Of a stretch of 64,000 nt of DNA, positions 1-9,588 are shown piece by piece. Position 1 is the stretch's first letter; every line of letters begins with the position of its first letter. This stretch comes from Bacteroidota bacterium. Its GTDB lineage: Bacteria > Bacteroidota > Bacteroidia > AKYH767-A > OLB10. The stretch is from contig JBKCGZ010000026.1 of NCBI GenBank assembly GCA_046303115.1, positions 585 to 64,584 of the forward strand. The letters run 5' to 3'. The notes beneath the pieces were generated by a model. It was given only the letters and a program-made list of their open reading frames with translations, did no database searches and was not told the origin of the DNA. A program made the translations under genes and the position numbers.

Positions 1-731
1 GTAAAGTAGCAAAGTCAAAATCAGCCTTAGAAAAATGTTTATCCTTAGATCCTAAAAATAAAGATGCACATCAGAAACTTGCCGAACTTTATTTTTATGC
101 GACGCAGTACAAAGAAGCATTAGCCCAAATTGATGAGGTTATTAAGATTGATATTAATAGTTCACCAGCTTATTTTTTCAGAGGGATGTGTTACCGTGAT
201 ATGGGTGATACCGCAAAGGCAATTTCAAGTTTTCAAACGGCAACTGAGCAAAATCCAAAAGACTTTAATTCCTATTTGCAGATTGCCATGATGTATCATG
301 CAAAACAAAATGAGCTTGCAATTCAATACTACGACGCAGCGTTAAGAGCAAATCCAAAAGTAGCTGATATTTATTACGACCGAGGATTGTATTATCAGGA
401 TATTGCTGGTGATTTCGACAAAGCCATTCAGGATTATACTAGTTGCCTTGAGATTAATCCTAAAGACTTGAGAGCGCATTTCGCATTAGGCTTTGTCCAT
501 TATGAATACCTGAAAATTTATGATGTTGCGATAAAGCATTATACAGATGCACTAAACATCGACCCCAATTATGCAGAGGCATCTTTTAATAGAGGGTTAT
601 GTTATGAGGCACTAGGAAATGTAGCAGCTGCATCCACTGATTATAACCAGGCTCTTTCCGTCCGTAAAGATTATAAAGCGGCAAAAGAAGGTTTACAACG
701 AGTAAGTGGAGGAGTGAAGGTTACTCGATAG
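1..731 (+). CDS. TPR-repeat protein, 5' end outside window
   Basis: The frame is open from nt 3 (KVAKSKSALEKCLSLDPKNKDAH...) through the listed ORF to TAG 729-731. It contains repeated ~34-aa TPR-like units (A..Y..AL..NP....Y.RG.CY). Confidence 0.8.
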   Translation, partial: KVAKSKSALEKCLSLDPKNKDAHQKLAELYFYATQYKEALAQIDEVIKIDINSSPAYFFRGMCYRDMGDTAKAISSFQTATEQNPKDFNSYLQIAMMYHAKQNELAIQYYDAALRANPKVADIYYDRGLYYQDIAGDFDKAIQDYTSCLEINPKDLRAHFALGFVHYEYLKIYDVAIKHYTDALNIDPNYAEASFNRGLCYEALGNVAAASTDYNQALSVRKDYKAAKEGLQRVSGGVKVTR

Positions 732-942
732 TAATTTCAATCTCATCACTAATTAGTATTTTGTCCCCAGCACGTAGTTTGGCTCTATAACGAGTTTCTA
801 TATTTCCGTTTAGTCGTATCTCCTCATTATCGACCATCATTTTTGCTTCGCTTCCGTGCTCTGCAATGCCCAATAATTTTAATAATTTGATAAGTTCAAT
901 GAATTCAGCTGTTAGCTGAAAGGTGTGCTTTTGCATGTTCAT
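721..942 (-). CDS. small S4-domain RNA-binding protein (YbcJ-like)
   Basis: 73-aa ORF. 'VDNEEIRLNGNIETRYRAKLRAGDKI' resembles the S4/YbcJ signature. It overlaps the convergent TPR gene by 11 nt. Confidence 0.65.
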   Translation of the reverse strand: MNMQKHTFQLTAEFIELIKLLKLLGIAEHGSEAKMMVDNEEIRLNGNIETRYRAKLRAGDKILISDEIEITIE

Positions 943-956
943 TTGATTGTTGATTC

Positions 957-988
957 AAAAAAAAATCCTCCCGTAAAGGAGGATTTTT
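957..988 (-). terminator. rho-independent terminator after rplT
   Basis: Stem aaaaatcctcc / ggaggattttt (11 bp) with loop cgtaaa. On the minus strand the hairpin is followed by a T-run (plus-strand A-run 957-965). Confidence 0.8.
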
Positions 989-1004
989 AACGAAGTCTGA
1001 TTTT

Positions 1005-1349
1005 TTATTTTACCGAATTTAAGATGGCTTCGAAAGCCTGCGGATTATTCATCGCTAAGTCTGCTAAGACTTTACGGTTGATGTCTACATGACTCTTATG
1101 GATAGCACCCATAAATTGAGAGTAAGACATTCCATGCATGCGAGCTGCTGCATTGATACGCTGAATCCATAGAGCACGGAAACTGCGTTTTTTAGCTTTA
1201 CGATCGCGGTAAGCGTATTGTAAACCTTTTTCGACGGTGTTTTTGGCAACCGTCCATACATTTTTACGTGAACCCCAATTACCTTTGGCAAGTTTTAAAA
1301 CCTTTTTACGTTTTGCCTTTGAGGCCACATGATTGACTGAACGTGGCAT
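1005..1349 (-). CDS. rplT: 50S ribosomal protein L20
   Basis: 114 aa. N-terminal '[23 protein letters not shown]' and '[16 protein letters not shown]' are typical of L20. Confidence 0.97.
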   Translation of the reverse strand: MPRSVNHVASKAKRKKVLKLAKGNWGSRKNVWTVAKNTVEKGLQYAYRDRKAKKRSFRALWIQRINAAARMHGMSYSQFMGAIHKSHVDINRKVLADLAMNNPQAFEAILNSVK

Positions 1350-1441
1350 AATGTTTTTGTTTTTTGGCGATAGCGCCCTTTCGGGACTTTAAGCTATTTA
1401 CCGGGTTAGAAATTAATTTGTTTTTGTTTTTTTGTGATCAA

Positions 1442-1639
1442 TTAAGCTACACACAACATACGCTTAACACGGAACTCATCAGACTCGTGAACAAGTCCAG
1501 ATGCAGTTAAGTGACGCTTACGGTCTGTGTCTTTCTTCGTCAAGATGTGACGTTTGAAAGCATGCTTTCTTTTGATCTTTCCAGTGCCTGTAAGCTTGAA
1601 ACGCTTTTTCGCACTAGAGTTGGATTTCATTTTAGGCAT
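1442..1639 (-). CDS. rpmI: 50S ribosomal protein L35
   Basis: 65 aa. '[33 protein letters not shown]' is typical of L35. It lies in the conserved infC-rpmI-rplT order. Confidence 0.95.
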   Translation of the reverse strand: MPKMKSNSSAKKRFKLTGTGKIKRKHAFKRHILTKKDTDRKRHLTASGLVHESDEFRVKRMLCVA

Positions 1640-1674
1640 TTTGAATTTATTTTTATTGACTTCGTTTTTTCTAA

Positions 1675-2271
1675 TTATTCAGCAGCATCGCTATTCTTTG
1701 CTGGCTTTACTACTTTTTTGTTTGGAAGTGGTGCAATGTGAATGAACATTCTGTTTCCTTCCAACTTTGGCATTAATTCCACCTTTCCGTACTCTTGAAG
1801 CTCTTGCGCAAATTTCAAAAGGATAATTTCCCCCTTCTCTTTGTATGCAATTGCTCTTCCTCTAAAGTGAACATAAGCCTTTACTTTTGCCCCTTCTTCT
1901 AAGAACTTAATGGCATGCTTTACTTTGAAGTTGAAGTCATGTTCATCGGTATTAGGGCCAAATCGAACTTCTTTCAAAACTTGTTTAGCAGCTTTTGCCT
2001 TCGTTTCTTTTTCTTTCTTCTTGCGCTCGTATAAGAACTTTTGATAATCTACAATCTTACAAACCGGAGGATCAGCTTGCGCTGCGATTTCTACTAAGTC
2101 TAACCCTTTATCTTCTGCAAGTTTTAGGGCTTCTTCAATAGAAACTACGGTAGGCTCGCCACCTTCTCCGACTAAACGAACTCGCGATGCACGAATTTTA
2201 TCGTTGATGCGATGTTCTGCTTCCTTTTTTACCGGTCCGCGGTTCCACGGACGATTAAATGATGTTGCTAT
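1675..2271 (-). CDS. infC: translation initiation factor IF-3, non-canonical (ATA) start
   Basis: The ORF track lists only the C-terminal 100 aa. The same frame stays open upstream to TAA 2284-2286 and encodes [82 protein letters not shown], which is the IF-3 N-domain plus linker. There is no ATG or GTG before that domain, so ATA 2269-2271 is the best start. Confidence 0.85.
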   Translation of the reverse strand: MATSFNRPWNRGPVKKEAEHRINDKIRASRVRLVGEGGEPTVVSIEEALKLAEDKGLDLVEIAAQADPPVCKIVDYQKFLYERKKKEKETKAKAAKQVLKEVRFGPNTDEHDFNFKVKHAIKFLEEGAKVKAYVHFRGRAIAYKEKGEIILLKFAQELQEYGKVELMPKLEGNRMFIHIAPLPNKKVVKPAKNSDAAE

Positions 2272-2303
2272 AGCTGTAAAATTTTAAATTAATCTACTCT
2301 TAA

Positions 2304-4241
2304 TTATGCATTCAACATATCGTTGATTTCCTTGTTAATTCGATCAGATAAGTCCTGAACACTCATACTTCCCTGATCTCCTTTACCATGCTGACGAATT
2401 GAAACGGTTCCTTCTGCCTCTTCTTTCTCTCCGATGATCAGCATATAAGGGACTTTCTTAATTTCTGCATCACGGATTTTCTTACCTATCTTCTCATCAC
2501 GGTCATCAACGAGCCCGCGAATATCGGAATTTCTTAGCAATTGTAAAACTTTTTTTGCATATCCGTTGAATTTCTCTGAGATTGGAAGGATAGAAACCTG
2601 CTGTGGAGCTAACCAAAGCGGGAAATTACCTGCAAAATGCTCAATCAAGAACCCAATAAAGCGCTCATGTGTTCCCAATGGAGCACGATGAATACAAATC
2701 GGCGTCTCCATTTCATTGTTGGCATTTCGGAATGTTAACCCAAAACGAGCTGGCACCGCGAAGTCAACCTGATTAGTGGCCAAGGTAAACTCTCTTCCGA
2801 TAGCACTCCAAACCTGAACGTCAATCTTAGGTCCGTAGAAAGCACCCTCATCAGGAACTTCAATATACGGAATCTTTGAATCAATCAAAACCTGACGAAC
2901 CATGTCCTCCGTTTGTTTCCATAACTCCGGATTGTCAACGTATTTTTTTCCTAATTTTTCAGGAGCATGAGTCGAGAAACGCATCACGTATTTTTCAATT
3001 CCGAATACTCTGAAATATTTCAAATACATTTCGTTAACTGCATTGAACTCGTCTGAGAATTGCTCTTTAGTACAGTAGATATGAGCATCATTCATTTGCA
3101 ATGAACGTACACGCATCAACCCAAATAACTCCCCACTTTGCTCGTATCGGTAACAGGTACCGTATTCTGCTAAACGGATTGGTAAATCTCTGTAACTAGG
3201 ATTTAATTCTTTGAAGATTTTGTGGTGATGAGGACAGTTCATGGCCTTCAAATAGTACTTTTCACCATCTAAATCCATCGCAGGGAACATACTGTCTTCG
3301 TAATATGGTAAGTGTCCCGAAGTCTTGTACATATTCTCCTTTGCTAAGTGAGGCGTACGAACGCGACTATAGCCAGCGCTGTTCTCTGTCTTCTTAGCTA
3401 GTTTTTCTAATTCTTCAATTAAAACACCTCCGTTAGGTAACCAAAGCGGTAATCCTGGACCTACATCATCATCAAAAGTGAAGATTTCCATTTCCTTTCC
3501 AATCTTACGATGATCTCTTTTCTTCGCTTCTTCCAACATCGCAACATATTCATCCAACTCGGATTTTTTCGGGAAAGTGATTCCGTAAATACGTGTTAAT
3601 TGAGGGTTGCTAGAGTCATTTTTCCAATAAGCTCCGGCAACGTTTGTTAATTTAATTGCCTTGATATAGCCAGTATGTGGAATATGTGGTCCACGACATA
3701 AGTCGGTGAAATTTCCTTGAGTGTAAAGCGAGATAGTTCCGTCTTCTAATCCACTTAATAAATCCAGTTTGTATTGATCATCTTTTTCAGTGAAGTAGCT
3801 AACCGCATCTGCTTTTGAAATTTCTTTTCTTTCGAAAACATTACTTTGCTTAGCTAGCTCAGCCATCTTGTCTTCGATTTTCTTCAAATCATCTGCAGAG
3901 AAAGCTTGTCCGCAAAAATCAACGTCATAGTAAAAACCATTCTGTACTGATGGTCCTACCCAAAATTTAATTCCTGGGTAAAAACTCTCTAAAGCTTCCG
4001 CCATTAAGTGAGCAGATGAATGCCACATAGTGCTTTTGCCATCAGCATCATTCCAGGTTAAAAGTTGCAGTGATGCATCTTCATTGATTGGTCTAGATAA
4101 GTCACGAACTTCTCCGTTTACCTTAGCGGCTAAAACATTTCTCGCTAACCCTTCGCTAATCGATTTAGCGATATCCATTGCATTCGTTCCTTTCGGATAT
4201 TCACGCACTGAATTATCAGGTAATGTAATTTTTATATTCAT
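2304..4241 (-). CDS. thrS: threonine--tRNA ligase
   Basis: 645 aa. It has an N-terminal TGS-like domain, an editing domain (HSSAHLMA), a class II core ('HRAPLGTHERFIGFLIEH') and a C-terminal anticodon-binding domain. Confidence 0.98.
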   Translation of the reverse strand: MNIKITLPDNSVREYPKGTNAMDIAKSISEGLARNVLAAKVNGEVRDLSRPINEDASLQLLTWNDADGKSTMWHSSAHLMAEALESFYPGIKFWVGPSVQNGFYYDVDFCGQAFSADDLKKIEDKMAELAKQSNVFERKEISKADAVSYFTEKDDQYKLDLLSGLEDGTISLYTQGNFTDLCRGPHIPHTGYIKAIKLTNVAGAYWKNDSSNPQLTRIYGITFPKKSELDEYVAMLEEAKKRDHRKIGKEMEIFTFDDDVGPGLPLWLPNGGVLIEELEKLAKKTENSAGYSRVRTPHLAKENMYKTSGHLPYYEDSMFPAMDLDGEKYYLKAMNCPHHHKIFKELNPSYRDLPIRLAEYGTCYRYEQSGELFGLMRVRSLQMNDAHIYCTKEQFSDEFNAVNEMYLKYFRVFGIEKYVMRFSTHAPEKLGKKYVDNPELWKQTEDMVRQVLIDSKIPYIEVPDEGAFYGPKIDVQVWSAIGREFTLATNQVDFAVPARFGLTFRNANNEMETPICIHRAPLGTHERFIGFLIEHFAGNFPLWLAPQQVSILPISEKFNGYAKKVLQLLRNSDIRGLVDDRDEKIGKKIRDAEIKKVPYMLIIGEKEEAEGTVSIRQHGKGDQGSMSVQDLSDRINKEINDMLNA

Positions 4242-4257
4242 AGAATTTATAGTGGTG

Positions 4258-4265
4258 CAAATATA
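4258..4265 (-). promoter_or_regulatory. candidate -7 box (TATATTTG) for thrS operon
   Basis: The minus strand reads TATATTTG, 16 nt upstream of the thrS ATG. It matches the Bacteroidota TAnnTTTG consensus. No clean -33 TTTG was found. Confidence 0.35.
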
Positions 4266-4379
4266 ATCTGCTTAATCAAGGAATTTATCGAAAGAGCTAT
4301 ATTTTTTTGAAGGGTTTTAAACTGAAACATATGATTTATGTTACATGTAGTGATTTTAGGGTTTTTCACATGTGAGTTT

Positions 4380-4387
4380 TACATTTG
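4380..4387 (+). promoter_or_regulatory. candidate -7 box (TACATTTG) ending 4 nt before ATG 4392
   Basis: The sequence is TACATTTG-tcga-ATG. The same N4 register recurs at four other genes in this window. Confidence 0.4.
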
Positions 4388-4391
4388 TCGA

Positions 4392-4733
4392 ATGAAAGAT
4401 AAGTTCTCATTTTTTGAAGATGTTTATGCCGTTGTTCGTTTGATTCCTCGTGGGCGTGTGACGAGTTATGGGGCCATAGCAAAATACCTTGGTACTGCAA
4501 AGTCAGCCAGAATGGTAGGATGGGCTATGAATGCTTGTCACGAGGTGTTGCCTCCAGTGCCGGCTCATCGTGTAGTCAATCGACAAGGCTTGCTCTCCGG
4601 GAAAAATCACTTCCACGAAGTAAACGAAATGGAAAATCGCTTGAAGGAAGAAGGCGTGAATGTGATTGCTGATCAAATTCAGGATTTTCATCTCTTTTTC
4701 TGGGACCCTACAGTGGAATTAGCAATGGAATAG
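4392..4733 (+). CDS. MGMT-family DNA-binding protein lacking the acceptor Cys (alkyltransferase-like, ATL)
   Basis: The start is taken at the internal ATG (MKDKFSFFEDVYAVVRLIPRGRVTSYGAIAKYLG...), which is the typical MGMT C-domain N-terminus. The active-site motif reads VPAHRVV (Ala codon gct 4563-4565) instead of PCHRV. Confidence 0.75.
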   Translation: MKDKFSFFEDVYAVVRLIPRGRVTSYGAIAKYLGTAKSARMVGWAMNACHEVLPPVPAHRVVNRQGLLSGKNHFHEVNEMENRLKEEGVNVIADQIQDFHLFFWDPTVELAME

Positions 4734-4768
4734 TTTGTTTTTAGGTTGTGAATTAATTGAAGAAATCC

Positions 4769-4801
4769 GTTGTTATCTTACTCGTTTAAGACTTATCTTT
4801 G
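4769..4801 (+). promoter_or_regulatory. candidate promoter (gTTG-N21-TATCTTTG) for the carboxylase operon
   Basis: The -33-like TTG is at 4770-4772. After a 21-nt spacer, TATCTTTG lies at 4794-4801. The ATG follows 27 nt downstream. Confidence 0.45.
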
Positions 4802-4828
4802 CGAGCGTAAAAATGTAAGAGTGTAGTT

Positions 4829-6463
4829 ATGGCTGAAAATTTAGAATTTAATAAAAACGAAGATTACAATAAAACCCTTGTAAGTAATTTGAAGCAGCGC
4901 CTAGCTAAAGTTGCTGAAGGTGGAGGAAAGAAGAATGCAGCCAAACAGCATGAAAAAGGAAAGTTGTTGGCTCGTGAAAGAATTAATTACTTACTCGATA
5001 AAGACCAACCACAGATAGAAATTGGTGCTTTTGCAGCAGAAGGAATGTATGCTGAGCAAGGTGGTTGTCCATCTGCGGGGGTGGTAGTCGTTATAGGATA
5101 TGTTTCAGGTCGCCAGTGTATAGTAGTTGCTAATGACGCAACTGTAAAAGCGGGTGCTTGGTTTCCAATGACTGCAAAGAAGAATTTAAGAGCTCAAGAA
5201 ATATCCATCGAAAATAAATTACCAATTATTTACTTGGTAGATAGTGCTGGTGTTTACCTTCCTATGCAAGATGAAATTTTTCCTGATAAGGAGCATTTTG
5301 GAAGGATTTTCAGAAACAATGCAATTATGAGTAGTATGGGAATTATTCAGATTGCTGCGATTATGGGTTCTTGTGTTGCGGGTGGTGCTTATCTTCCAAT
5401 CATGAGTGATGAAGCGATGATAGTTGATAAAACTGGATCGGTGTTTTTAGCTGGATCCTATCTTGTAAAATCTGCAATTGGTGAAGATGTGGATAACGAA
5501 ACTTTGGGTGGTGCAACTACGCAGTGTGAGATTTCCGGTGTTACAGATAATAAATTCCCTAATGACCAATCATGCTTAGATTATATTCGTCGCGTGATGG
5601 ACAAGCTGGGTAAATTACCTGATGCAGGATTTGATAGAAAAGAATCAATGCCTCCTTCAAAAAACGAAAAAGATATTTACGGAATTATTCCAGATGCGCG
5701 TGATAAGCAATTTGAAATGCGAGAGGTGATTGCGCGCTTAGTTGATAACAGCGAGTTTGATGAGTACAAAGAAAAATATGGTCAATCAATTTTATGTGGT
5801 TATGCACGTATAGAAGGATGGGCTGTTGGAATTGTAGCCAATCAAAGAAAAGTAGTAAAGAGCAAGAAAGGAGAGATGCAATTTGGTGGAGTGATTTATA
5901 GCGATAGTGCTGATAAGGCAGCGCGATTTATCATGAATTGCAATCAACGAAAAATTCCTTTGGTGTTTATTCAGGATGTAACAGGATTTATGGTTGGTTC
6001 GCGAAGTGAGCATGGCGGAATTATTAAAGACGGAGCTAAGATGGTGAATGCAATGTCGAACTCAGTTGTTCCTAAATTTACGATTATAGCAGGTAATTCA
6101 TATGGTGCTGGAAATTATGCGATGTGTGGTAAAGCGTATGATCCTCGTTTAATTGTTTCTTGGCCTAATTCACAATTAGCGGTGATGAGTGGAGCTTCGG
6201 CTGCTAAAACATTATTGCAAATTCAAACTTCTACCATGAAAGCGCAAGGGAAAGAAGTTTCCGAAGAAGAAGAAAAGACATTATTAAAAACCATTACTGA
6301 TCGATACAACGAGCAAACATCACCATACTATGCAGCTTCGCGATTGTGGGTAGATGCGATTATTGATCCATTAGATACACGTAAGTGGATATCAATGGGA
6401 ATTGAAATGGCTAATCACGCTCCTATAGAAAAACCATATAATGTTGGTGTAATTCAAACCTAG
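4829..6463 (+). CDS. acyl-CoA carboxylase carboxyltransferase (beta) subunit, methylcrotonyl-/propionyl-CoA type
   Basis: 544 aa. It has duplicated carboxyltransferase domains ('VANDATVKAGAWFP', 'GSCVAGGAYLP', 'VTGFMVGSRSEHGGIIKDGAKM'). Confidence 0.9.
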   Translation: MAENLEFNKNEDYNKTLVSNLKQRLAKVAEGGGKKNAAKQHEKGKLLARERINYLLDKDQPQIEIGAFAAEGMYAEQGGCPSAGVVVVIGYVSGRQCIVVANDATVKAGAWFPMTAKKNLRAQEISIENKLPIIYLVDSAGVYLPMQDEIFPDKEHFGRIFRNNAIMSSMGIIQIAAIMGSCVAGGAYLPIMSDEAMIVDKTGSVFLAGSYLVKSAIGEDVDNETLGGATTQCEISGVTDNKFPNDQSCLDYIRRVMDKLGKLPDAGFDRKESMPPSKNEKDIYGIIPDARDKQFEMREVIARLVDNSEFDEYKEKYGQSILCGYARIEGWAVGIVANQRKVVKSKKGEMQFGGVIYSDSADKAARFIMNCNQRKIPLVFIQDVTGFMVGSRSEHGGIIKDGAKMVNAMSNSVVPKFTIIAGNSYGAGNYAMCGKAYDPRLIVSWPNSQLAVMSGASAAKTLLQIQTSTMKAQGKEVSEEEEKTLLKTITDRYNEQTSPYYAASRLWVDAIIDPLDTRKWISMGIEMANHAPIEKPYNVGVIQT

Positions 6464-6465
6464 TT

Positions 6466-7062
6466 ATGGCAGTATACGAATTCAACGGATATATTCCTGT
6501 TGTACATGAATCTTCTTTCGTACATCCGTTAGCGGTAGTTTCAGGTAATGTGATTATTGGTAAGGATGTTTATATTGCACCAGGTGCTGCAGTTCGTGGC
6601 GACTGGGGTGAAATAATTATTGAAGATGGGTGCAATGTGCAAGAGAATTGTACGCTGCATATGTTTCCTGGTCAGCAGGTGATTTTACGAAAGGGTGCAC
6701 ATATCGGACATGGAGCAATAATTCATGGTGCTGAAATAGGAGAGAATGTGCTTGTGGGAATGAATGCGGTAGTGATGGATAGAGTAGTAGTTAATAAAAA
6801 TTCAATTGTTGGAGCCCTTTGTTTCGTTCCTGAAGGAATGTCAATTCCTGAACGAAGTATAGCCGTAGGTAATCCTGCAAAAATTATAAAGGAAATGTCG
6901 GATGAAATGATTGAATGGAAGACAAAAGGAACTGCTTTATATCAACAGTTACCATCTGAATTGCATACTACATTAAAAGAGTGCGAACCTTTAAGAGAAG
7001 TTCCTGTAAACAGACCTCGTCAGCAAGAAATCTATAAAACCTGGAATACCACAAAAAAATAA
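6466..7062 (+). CDS. hexapeptide-repeat protein, gamma-carbonic-anhydrase/PaaY-like
   Basis: 198 aa. It has left-handed beta-helix repeats ('VIIGKDVYIAPGAAVRGD', 'GAHIGHGAIIHGAEIGENVLVGMNAVV'). It starts 2 nt after the upstream stop. Confidence 0.8.
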   Translation: MAVYEFNGYIPVVHESSFVHPLAVVSGNVIIGKDVYIAPGAAVRGDWGEIIIEDGCNVQENCTLHMFPGQQVILRKGAHIGHGAIIHGAEIGENVLVGMNAVVMDRVVVNKNSIVGALCFVPEGMSIPERSIAVGNPAKIIKEMSDEMIEWKTKGTALYQQLPSELHTTLKECEPLREVPVNRPRQQEIYKTWNTTKK

Positions 7063-7067
7063 TTAGC

Positions 7068-8165
7068 ATGCAAAAAAGAGTTGTTTTACTTTTATTTTTT
7101 TTGATGCTAACGCAATTGTGTTATTCGCAGATATCAGTTATCCTGAGAGTTAAAGCTGATGAACAAAATGATACTTTAGGGGTTAATCTTGTGAAGGAAA
7201 TAACAAAGATTGCCTATGCGTCAATCCGTGATGGTAAGGTTCAATTGTGGGATTCTCCCAAAAAAGAAGTTGCTATTTCATTTAATGCTTTGAAAGAAAT
7301 TGAAAAATCTTCAAGACTAAATTTTACTGATCAGCAGTTGATATTTGTATATGAGATTTGGAATAATGAAAAGAAAAAACTAACAAGTGAAACGCAAGGT
7401 TTTTTATTCTCATCTAAATTAGAAAATGGAGAGGTTGTTGTTTTTGGTTATATAGAATATGAGTTTTTAAAAAACAGTATCGCAATAGCATCGCCAATAA
7501 TTAATGCGAATGGAGATTGTTATTTGAATATTAATAGCTACCTGCATAAAAAAAGTTACAATTATCAGATTTTACAATTTGGAGATAAGGTAATTGATAA
7601 CATAACAGATTCTAAACTGCTAAAAGAAAACTTTATTGGATTAAATAAATTTAATGTAGATGCTAATCAGAGCGATTCTGTTGAGGCGAAGTATGTAGAA
7701 TGGACGCTTTCCGCATCTGAAAATTTGACCGGCACAAAGGCACAGGCTGCAAGAGATTTTACTAATGCGCTTACAATTTATTTTAACGACAACTTGGAGG
7801 TTTTATATAATTTATCTGGTAAAAATGCCGAAGAAATACTTAAAAATGGCACATGGAAAATTAATTCTGTTTCGTTTGCAGAGATATGGAATAAGAGTTT
7901 TGATAAAATAAAAAGCACACCATTGTGGATGGCGGTTAATATTGATAGTACAGTCATCGATACTATTTACATGGATAATCTTGTTAATTGGGATTTTTAT
8001 ATTAATAATCAAAATTGGCTTGACTATATTCAACAAAAAAATTTCTTGTTTTTAATCGTTAAAGTTAATTCAGATGCGATTCCTGTTGAGAAGTCAATTA
8101 AATATCAAAAAGGTTTGTTTACTCATAAGTGGAACAATCTTATTAATTTCGTAGAACTTTATTAA
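7068..8165 (+). CDS. secreted hypothetical protein
   Basis: 365 aa with a signal peptide (LLLFFLMLTQLCYSQ). No family recognised. It is tightly packed inside the operon, with 5- and 12-nt gaps. Confidence 0.6.
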   Translation: MQKRVVLLLFFLMLTQLCYSQISVILRVKADEQNDTLGVNLVKEITKIAYASIRDGKVQLWDSPKKEVAISFNALKEIEKSSRLNFTDQQLIFVYEIWNNEKKKLTSETQGFLFSSKLENGEVVVFGYIEYEFLKNSIAIASPIINANGDCYLNINSYLHKKSYNYQILQFGDKVIDNITDSKLLKENFIGLNKFNVDANQSDSVEAKYVEWTLSASENLTGTKAQAARDFTNALTIYFNDNLEVLYNLSGKNAEEILKNGTWKINSVSFAEIWNKSFDKIKSTPLWMAVNIDSTVIDTIYMDNLVNWDFYINNQNWLDYIQQKNFLFLIVKVNSDAIPVEKSIKYQKGLFTHKWNNLINFVELY

Positions 8166-8177
8166 TCATTATTTAAA

Positions 8178-9584
8178 ATGTCGAAAATAAAATTTGGAAC
8201 AGATGGTTGGAGAGCGATTATCGCAGAAGACTTTACAGTTGAAAATGTTGCTCGTGTTGCTGAAGGAACAGCTCTGTGGTTACTAAAACAGAAAAATAAT
8301 CCAGGCATAATTCTCGGCCACGACTGCCGTTTTGCAGGTGCCTTATTTTGTAATACAATCGCAAAAGTATTATGTTCTAAAGGTGTTTCAGTTACTATGT
8401 CGAAAGGATTTGTTTCTACGCCCATGGTTTCATTAGGAACAGTAAAAGAAAATAAAGATTTAGGTATCATCATTACCGCAAGTCATAATCCTCCAGAATA
8501 CAACGGCTTTAAATTGAAAGGGTCTTTTGGTGGACCTTTGCTTCCTGCTCACGTAGCAGAAATAGAGGATCTAATTCCGGGAAAATGTACTGTTGATTAT
8601 TCAAAAGTAGAATTAGAAAAATTTCAATCTGAAGGATTTCTCTCATATATTGATTTAGAAACGATGTATTGCGATCATGTTGAAGCAAACTTCGATATGA
8701 ACCTAATTAAGAATAGTGGATTGAACTTAGCATATGATGCGATGTATGGGGCTGGTCAGAACGTGATTAAACGCATGTTGCCTGCAATAACCAAGTTGCA
8801 TTGTGATTACAATCCTTCCTTTATGGGTCAGGCACCGGAGCCAATTCATAAGAACCTAACAGAATTTTCAGAGTTAATTAAGCATGCAAAAAACATCGAT
8901 TCTGGTTTGGTTACGGATGGTGATGCTGATCGTATCGGATTTTATGATTCACAAGGAAATTTTGTTGATTCACATCATATTATTTTATTGCTGATTCATT
9001 ATTTGTATAAGTACAAAGGAATGCGCGGCAAAGTAGTAACTGCTTTTTCAACTACACCTAAAGTAGCGAAGTTGTGCGCGCATTATGGTATCGAAATGGA
9101 AACCGTTAAAATCGGATTTAAGTATATCGCCGAAATTATGATTAAAGAAGATGTGCTGTTAGGTGGAGAAGAGTCGGGTGGAATAGCTATTAAAGGACAT
9201 ATCCCTGAACGTGATGGTATCTGGATGGGATTAACTCTTTGGGAGTTCATGGCAAAGAGTGGAAAAACATTAAATGATTTGATTAGTGAAGTATATGAAA
9301 TTGTTGGTCCGTTTTCATTCGAGCGAAACGATTTGCATATTAAAGAAGAGTTAAAGCAATCAATTCTTAAAAATTGTTTAGCATCAAAATATACTTCTTT
9401 CGGAGATTATAAAATTGTAAGAACAGAAGATTTAGATGGGTTTAAATATTTCTTCGAAAATGGCGATTGGTTAATGATTCGTGCTTCTGGTACTGAACCT
9501 GTATTGCGTACCTATGCAGAATCTAATTCGCGTGAATCAGCATTCGCCATATTAAATGCCGCTAAAGAGACGTTGTTAAACTAA
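8178..9584 (+). CDS. phosphoglucomutase/phosphomannomutase family protein
   Basis: Three motifs support the call: the catalytic Ser loop 'TASHNPPEYNGFK', the Mg loop 'TDGDADRIG' and the sugar loop 'GGEESGG'. Confidence 0.92.
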   Translation: MSKIKFGTDGWRAIIAEDFTVENVARVAEGTALWLLKQKNNPGIILGHDCRFAGALFCNTIAKVLCSKGVSVTMSKGFVSTPMVSLGTVKENKDLGIIITASHNPPEYNGFKLKGSFGGPLLPAHVAEIEDLIPGKCTVDYSKVELEKFQSEGFLSYIDLETMYCDHVEANFDMNLIKNSGLNLAYDAMYGAGQNVIKRMLPAITKLHCDYNPSFMGQAPEPIHKNLTEFSELIKHAKNIDSGLVTDGDADRIGFYDSQGNFVDSHHIILLLIHYLYKYKGMRGKVVTAFSTTPKVAKLCAHYGIEMETVKIGFKYIAEIMIKEDVLLGGEESGGIAIKGHIPERDGIWMGLTLWEFMAKSGKTLNDLISEVYEIVGPFSFERNDLHIKEELKQSILKNCLASKYTSFGDYKIVRTEDLDGFKYFFENGDWLMIRASGTEPVLRTYAESNSRESAFAILNAAKETLLN

Positions 9585-9588
9585 CGCT

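Noticed and set aside
1675-1977. infC considered as a truncated or pseudogenised 100-aa ORF
   Set aside because: The reading frame continues upstream without a stop and encodes a full IF-3 N-domain. The apparent truncation is an artefact of requiring ATG/GTG/TTG starts.
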